Below, one piece after another: positions 58,579 to 64,000 of a stretch of DNA of 64,000 nt (position 1 is its first letter; the number at the start of each line of letters is the position of its first letter). The stretch is from Promethearchaeota archaeon (GTDB taxonomy: Archaea; Asgardarchaeota; Lokiarchaeia; Sigyniarchaeales; SOKP01): contig JBHLON010000009.1 in NCBI GenBank assembly GCA_048940445.1, positions 1-64,000 on the forward strand. The letters are read 5' to 3'. Made by a program: the position numbers and the translations under genes. Below the pieces are notes generated by a model that saw only the letters and a list, made by a program, of their open reading frames with translations, ran no database searches and had not been told where the DNA came from.

Positions 58579-59421
58579 ATGAATGAGTTTGAACTAGATA
58601 GTAATTTAGTTGGGCTATTTAAATCGAAAAAAAGTTTAAAAATTCTTGACTTTTTCATGAATAATCATGATTTTTTTCATTTTAATGAGATTGCTAACCA
58701 ATTAAAAATTAGACCCTCCACCTTAGAATATCATATTAAACGATTAACAGATCTTGGATTATTAATACACATAAAAAATCAATACAGAAGTAATGCATAT
58801 ACCAAATTGATCTGGATTGCTTTTCATAATCTCTCTAAATTAGAACCCCTTATTCCTTTTTTGAAAACTCATAATCTACCCATAAATAATGCCAGATTGA
58901 TAAATCAATTATTTAGTTTGGAATTAAAAGTCATACCAGACATGATCTCATTACTTACTTTGATGAAAGACAAACTTGCCAAAAATATCTTAAAAATTCA
59001 GCTCGCAGGAATTTTTGACCTTAGATTAGAAGAGAAGATGATGCGTTTTAGTGAATTGGATTTTAAAATCGAAGGGATTGAAATAATCACTAATTATGAG
59101 AACTTTATTAAATTCATTAATTACGAAAATTTTGAATATTTCTTATCCTTTTCAAAATTAGAAAATATTAAGCTTTTTTTGATTGATGAATGCAACTTTT
59201 ATATAGCTATCGCGGATAATATTGGAATTCTTTTTTTACCAAAAGTAAATAACATTATAGATTTTCAGCAATGCTTATTATTTGAAGGTGAGAATAATCT
59301 TCAGTGGCTAAAAGAAACATTCGAATGGTTAAAAAATCAGTCAAGAAATATTACATTAACAGAAGGTTTTATTGAAGACAAGGACCTTTTCATAAAGTAT
59401 CTCCATGAAATAATAAATTAA
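58579..59421 (+). CDS. Winged-helix transcriptional regulator with C-terminal DUF1724-like domain
   Basis: FNEIANQLKIRPSTLEYHIKRLTDLGL; C-terminal LFLP....DF......LQW..F. Confidence 0.75.
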   Translation: MNEFELDSNLVGLFKSKKSLKILDFFMNNHDFFHFNEIANQLKIRPSTLEYHIKRLTDLGLLIHIKNQYRSNAYTKLIWIAFHNLSKLEPLIPFLKTHNLPINNARLINQLFSLELKVIPDMISLLTLMKDKLAKNILKIQLAGIFDLRLEEKMMRFSELDFKIEGIEIITNYENFIKFINYENFEYFLSFSKLENIKLFLIDECNFYIAIADNIGILFLPKVNNIIDFQQCLLFEGENNLQWLKETFEWLKNQSRNITLTEGFIEDKDLFIKYLHEIIN

Positions 59422-59793
59422 AAATCAAATACCTATTGTTCTATTTAAATTTCAAACTTATTTGTAATAATCGGCACTTTTAAAATTTAAAACTTTAAAC
59501 TTTTTATTTTCTTATCCTGTTCAACTATAACTAAACCCATTTGTTTTCATAAGTTTTTACAAATTCTCACTTCTTATAAAGCTTTTCTTCACAAAAAGAG
59601 ATTAGTCCTAACTTATAAATCAATAATTTATAGTTAAAATATTAATTTACTAAAAAACGTCCTAAACCTTAAACTATTCCCAAAAAAATACTCACTTTTC
59701 TACAGTAAAAAAGTAATATTTTGTCAAACCTAAATTTATATATAATGAAATATTACTAATAATTGATGAGTTCATGGCTTAAGGTGAAAAAGA

Positions 59794-60090
59794 ATAATAA
59801 ATTCTAAATCTGAGGATAAATTCAAAAGGAAAAAAACTGAAGATTCTCTAATTAAATGTTTAACTGAATGTGAAAAAGGTGAAACTGTAACAATAGTAAA
59901 TGTTAGTGCTGGTCGTAGGGCAAAAATGCGTCTTGCAAACTTAGGAATTATACCTGGGGTAGAAATTAAAAAAATGAAGTCTGCTCCATTAAGAGGACCA
60001 GTAGAGATAATCGTGAAAGGATCCTCAATCGTGCTTGGAAGAGGGATCGCGTCAAAAATTATCGTTAGCTGTAATAAAGAATGTAAATAA
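59794..60090 (+). CDS. feoA: Ferrous iron transport protein A
   Basis: Not in ORF track. CLTECEKGETVTIV...RLANLGIIPGVEI...APLRGPVEIIVKGSSIVLGRGIASKI; directly upstream of feoB; no in-frame ATG/GTG/TTG before the domain, probable ATA start. Confidence 0.9.
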   Translation: MINSKSEDKFKRKKTEDSLIKCLTECEKGETVTIVNVSAGRRAKMRLANLGIIPGVEIKKMKSAPLRGPVEIIVKGSSIVLGRGIASKIIVSCNKECK

Positions 60091-60154
60091 AGAAAATTTC
60101 CACTCTAATTTTAATATATTAAGTTATATAATGGGATATTACTGAGCATAGGTT

Positions 60155-62287
60155 ATGAGTTGTCATTTACCTAATAAACCTAAACAAAAAAACGTATATG
60201 AAAAGTCAATAAATATTGCATTAGCTGGTAATCCAAATGTCGGTAAATCAGTCATATTTAATCAGTTAACAGGGCTCTCACAAACGATAGGAAATTGGCC
60301 CGGAAAAACAGTAGAAAAAATGGAAGGATATTTAGATTTTCAAGGGTACCATTTTAATATTGTTGATTTACCCGGAATTTATTCATTGTCAACATACAGT
60401 ATAGAAGAAATTGTGAGTAGAGAGTTTATTGTTTCCGAAGATGTTGATATCATCATAAATGTTATTGATGGTACTAATCTTGAACGTAATCTATTTTTCA
60501 CGTTCCAACTTTTAGAGTTACACGTTCCAATGATCCTTGCAATAAACCAAATGGATATTTTACACAAGAGAAATATAGATTTAGATTTTGATAAATTAGA
60601 GGATTTTTTCCAATTACCAGTTATGCCTGTTATTGCAGTACATGGGAAAGGCGTTCATCAACTTCTCGAAAAGGCAATAGAAATGCTAGTAGATCACCAT
60701 TACCACCTACACCATCATGAAAATAAGAACAAGTGGAGGAAAGAACATCATCAGAGCCATTTTCATGAAAAAGTTGAAAAACGATCTTCATCAAATCGTA
60801 AGTTTATCTTTCCCGAATTAACAGATTTACTATCTTTCGGAAAAGAAGTTGAGATAAAAATTAAAGAACTCATAAAATTCTTTAAATCTAATCCAAACTC
60901 AATATCTAATCTTCACTATCCTTTGCGATTTTTAGCAATAAAACTTATAGAAAATGATGAAGAAATTCAAAAACTATTTCTAAATAATGAACTCTCTTCG
61001 AAGGCAATCCAAAAAGCAAATGATTTAAGAAATGAACTTGAAGTGCTTCATGGTGAAGAAATTGGTACTATTATCTCTTCAGAAATTTATAATAATATTA
61101 ATAAAGTTATACAACAAGTTCTAATTGTAAAATCGGGAAAAAATGCTAGGAAAATATCAATTGCAGATAAACTAGATCATGTTACCACTCATTCCATATT
61201 TGGATACGTTATCTTAATTGTAGTAGTAATATTAATCTATATGTTTACTTTTTCAGTAGGAAATTTTCTTGGCGAATTAATAGATAATTGGTATGTGACT
61301 TGGACTGGTGGAATTCATTCATTATTTGGGGAAAACAATTTACTCATAAAGATTTTTTGGGATGGAGGAATGGGGGGATTTTTAGGAGCAATTGGAGGAG
61401 TCTTAGTTTATGTAGTTCCATTTTTCTTCATAATTGAAATTTTGCAAGACTCTGGTTATTTACCACGTGCTGCATTTTTAATGGATAGGATCATGCACGT
61501 AATTGGAGTTCACGGAAAAACAATTATTCCGATGATACTCGGGTTTGGCTGTAATGTACCCGCTTGTGCTGGTTGTAGAATTATGGAGACTGAACGAGAA
61601 AAAAAAATATCAATTGCCTTGACTTCTCTTATACCTTGTGCTGCAACGATGACAGTTGTTATGGGACTGGTGGGACGATACTTGGGATTTGGATGGATTA
61701 TTGTTCTTTTTGTGATAAATTTTTCAGTAATCTTAATTGTCGGTAGGATTTTAAATAAAACAATGCCTGGAGAGTGTACAGAATTGATTATGGAAATGCA
61801 TGATTATCGCATGCCAAATTATAATGTAATAGTAAAACAGACGTGGTTAAGAAGTAAAGAATTTATTTATAGAGCGCTTCCAATAATAATTATTTTAGGG
61901 ATAGCTTTAGAAATACTATTGATTTTTAATGCGTTAGAACCAATAAATATAGTTTTATATCCAATATCCGTATTGTGGTTGGGTTTACCTGCTGCTGCTG
62001 GTATTTTTTTAATATATGGAATCTTACGTAAGGAATTAACACTAGTTCTTCTAGCTCTTTTTGCAGAGAATTTGGGACTTTCTGTATTACAACTTCTAAC
62101 TCCCGTTCAGATGATTGTATTTAGTTTGGTAACTATGCTTTACATTCCATGTTTCGCAACGATCATCATTATTGCTAAACAAACGAATTGGAAATATGCA
62201 CTACAGATTTCAGTGATGGAAATTGGCATAGCCTTACTTATTGGAGGTATTATTAACTGGGGATATATTATTTTTTCATCTTTGTGA
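60155..62287 (+). CDS. feoB: Ferrous iron transport protein B
   Basis: GNPNVGKS, NWPGKTVE, DLPG, NQMD, DSGYLPRAAF, GFGCNVPA, LYIPC. Confidence 0.96.
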   Translation: MSCHLPNKPKQKNVYEKSINIALAGNPNVGKSVIFNQLTGLSQTIGNWPGKTVEKMEGYLDFQGYHFNIVDLPGIYSLSTYSIEEIVSREFIVSEDVDIIINVIDGTNLERNLFFTFQLLELHVPMILAINQMDILHKRNIDLDFDKLEDFFQLPVMPVIAVHGKGVHQLLEKAIEMLVDHHYHLHHHENKNKWRKEHHQSHFHEKVEKRSSSNRKFIFPELTDLLSFGKEVEIKIKELIKFFKSNPNSISNLHYPLRFLAIKLIENDEEIQKLFLNNELSSKAIQKANDLRNELEVLHGEEIGTIISSEIYNNINKVIQQVLIVKSGKNARKISIADKLDHVTTHSIFGYVILIVVVILIYMFTFSVGNFLGELIDNWYVTWTGGIHSLFGENNLLIKIFWDGGMGGFLGAIGGVLVYVVPFFFIIEILQDSGYLPRAAFLMDRIMHVIGVHGKTIIPMILGFGCNVPACAGCRIMETEREKKISIALTSLIPCAATMTVVMGLVGRYLGFGWIIVLFVINFSVILIVGRILNKTMPGECTELIMEMHDYRMPNYNVIVKQTWLRSKEFIYRALPIIIILGIALEILLIFNALEPINIVLYPISVLWLGLPAAAGIFLIYGILRKELTLVLLALFAENLGLSVLQLLTPVQMIVFSLVTMLYIPCFATIIIIAKQTNWKYALQISVMEIGIALLIGGIINWGYIIFSSL

Positions 62288-62295
62288 AGTTCTAA

Positions 62296-62961
62296 TTATT
62301 TTTTCAGCAAAATTATCTGAAAAACACTTAAGAACTTTTTAATAGGAATTTGTTTTAATGGTTTAAAACCAGATATTTTTAGTTCTTTCAATATATTTCT
62401 CTGCATTTCGAACGAATGGGAAGTTAACTTTTCAATAAAACCCAGATAAAAGTTATAAAATAGTCTCAGTGAACTTTTGGTAGGTTCATGATGTTCAAAA
62501 ATTAAAAATGTACCTCCACTTTTCAATACCCTATACACTTCAGATAACACATTGAGTCTTTGTTCCTTTTCCATCTCATGTAAAGCAGCTGAAATGATAA
62601 CATGATCAAAGTACTCATTTGAAAATTTTAATCTATTTGCATCCATTACCTTAAATTCTAAGTTAGGATATCTATTTTTCTCTCGTGCTCTGGCGATTTG
62701 ACCAGAAGATAAGTCCACTCCTATAATTTCACAATCCTTATATAGCAATTTTGCGAGTAAAATGGGTAATGTGCCAGTTCCACAGCATAAGTCTAAGACT
62801 CGGTCCTTTCTTTGAATGAATGGAGCCAAATTTAGAAACACACTAGTTCGAAGTATACTTTCTCCAACTGGAGTTAAACCGATTTTTAATCCAATATCAT
62901 AAAATTGAGAAATAAATTGATTGTATACTTGTTTATATCGTTCTGATTGATATTTTGCCAT
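62296..62961 (-). CDS. Class I SAM-dependent methyltransferase (UbiE-like)
   Basis: LDLCCGTG, GVDLS, ALHE, RVLKSGG. Confidence 0.9.
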   Translation of the reverse strand: MAKYQSERYKQVYNQFISQFYDIGLKIGLTPVGESILRTSVFLNLAPFIQRKDRVLDLCCGTGTLPILLAKLLYKDCEIIGVDLSSGQIARAREKNRYPNLEFKVMDANRLKFSNEYFDHVIISAALHEMEKEQRLNVLSEVYRVLKSGGTFLIFEHHEPTKSSLRLFYNFYLGFIEKLTSHSFEMQRNILKELKISGFKPLKQIPIKKFLSVFQIILLKK

Positions 62962-63067
62962 CTTGAGGTATTATTATGTCATTTTGAACATTTTAATAGT
63001 AAATAAAAAACAGAATTAAATATTGAAAAAAACTCTGTTTATTTAATATAAATAAAAGCAATGGAAC

Positions 63068-63754
63068 ATGAAAAGAGACCAAAAACTTACAGATCATTTA
63101 ATTCGATTCGCACATAAAATCGGCATTGATCTGATTGGTTTTGCGCATCCTAAAGGATATGAACGATTTAAAAAGGAGAACAGACCAGAAACTTTCTTAG
63201 AAAATGTAAATACTGTAATCGTAATTGGAATTCATGTATATGATATTATTCTTGACGCTTGGAGTCAAGATCAAGCTACTGGTAAAAGTTTTCACTATTT
63301 AGATTCAATATTAGAAAGTCGAGCATACCGAATAAAGGATTTTTTATTTCAAAAAACATATAACTCTATTATTCTTCCTTACAGTCCGGGGCTTTTTTTA
63401 AAAGATTCAGCAGCATTAGCTGGGCTAGGTCCAATAGGGAAAAGTAATTTATTTATTAGCAAAAATTTTGGGTCTCAAGTCAGGCTAAGAGCAATAGTAA
63501 CTGAAGCTCCATTAAAAACAGGAAACCCTACAATAGGGAATGAATGCTGTAAAGGATGTGAATTATGTATTGTTAACTGTCCAGCTAAGGCTTTGACTTC
63601 AGATGGCTATAATAAACAAGCCTGCTTGTCATATAATATTGCAAATCTGAGAATGCTTTCGGATTACACCTCAATTTGGTGTAATATTTGCATAGAAATT
63701 TGTCCCTATAGCAAAAAAGGCTTGAAAAGTAATCTAAAGGGATATTTTCACTAA
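63068..63754 (+). CDS. QueG/reductive-dehalogenase-like 4Fe-4S protein
   Basis: GIDLIGFA, AALAGLGPIGKS, FGSQVRL, CKGCELCIVNCP, CNICIEICP. Confidence 0.8.
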   Translation: MKRDQKLTDHLIRFAHKIGIDLIGFAHPKGYERFKKENRPETFLENVNTVIVIGIHVYDIILDAWSQDQATGKSFHYLDSILESRAYRIKDFLFQKTYNSIILPYSPGLFLKDSAALAGLGPIGKSNLFISKNFGSQVRLRAIVTEAPLKTGNPTIGNECCKGCELCIVNCPAKALTSDGYNKQACLSYNIANLRMLSDYTSIWCNICIEICPYSKKGLKSNLKGYFH

Positions 63755-63859
63755 ATTAAAGTGTACTCCCTATTACCTATAGTTTAAAATTATAACTTTT
63801 AAATAAAACAAAATAGTTATAAAATAATAATCTAAACTATTTCCAAATATGGTAAACCA

Positions 63860-64000
63860 ATGAGTGAAGAAAAACCAAAATCAACTAGTTTAAAACAGAA
63901 TAAACTTGTGGGCCCCGGGTTGGGGTTAATTATCATGGGAGCGGCATACCTTGTGTGGTGGTTAATATTCATAGAAAATGCGATATTAGACCCAAGATGG
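63860..64000 (+). CDS. Membrane protein, 5' part; runs off the window end
   Basis: MSEEKPKSTSLKQNKLVGPGLGLIIMGAAYLVWWLIFIENAILDPRW..., open to the edge. Confidence 0.7.
   Translation, partial: MSEEKPKSTSLKQNKLVGPGLGLIIMGAAYLVWWLIFIENAILDPRW

Noticed and set aside
1-64000. rRNA, tRNA, CRISPR arrays, transposases, integrases
   Set aside because: None recognised by eye; tRNAscan-SE and Infernal would be needed to exclude small RNAs formally.

Overview
AT-rich archaeal chromosomal segment, almost certainly Asgard archaea (Lokiarchaeia). This assignment rests on two Rab-like GTPases, a single-pass membrane protein with a cytoplasmic longin-like domain, a surface protein ending in a Loki-CTERM-type IPGY-TM-basic tail, a geranylgeranyl reductase and IorAB. 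The window holds about 70 mostly housekeeping or accessory CDSs: redox enzymes, metal transport (ZIP, Feo, VIT1, Acr3), amino-acid and acyl-CoA fermentation, and nucleic-acid enzymes (PolX, RNase HI, NYN, an orphan Dam-type methylase). I saw no rRNA, tRNA, CRISPR array or transposase. Reading the raw sequence gave five CDSs missing from the ORF track: the 5' part of polX, feoA, a 38-aa histone-H1-tail-like (xAPKKK)n microprotein, a 50-aa zinc-ribbon peptide ending KRRCC, and a partial ORF at the right edge. The most interesting items are: (1) the H1-like microprotein, divergent KD/KE polyampholyte and coiled-coil cluster lying between two Rab paralogues; (2) a receptor-like ectodomain-TM-longin protein abutting a Rab-like GTPase; (3) apparent ATT/ATA start codons behind canonical AGGTG Shine-Dalgarno motifs; (4) Cwh43/PGAP2IP-like and sphingosine-1-phosphate-lyase-like lipid enzymes; (5) a wHTH + ARPP-1-like gene pair. 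Family calls come from motif recognition by eye; no database searches were run.
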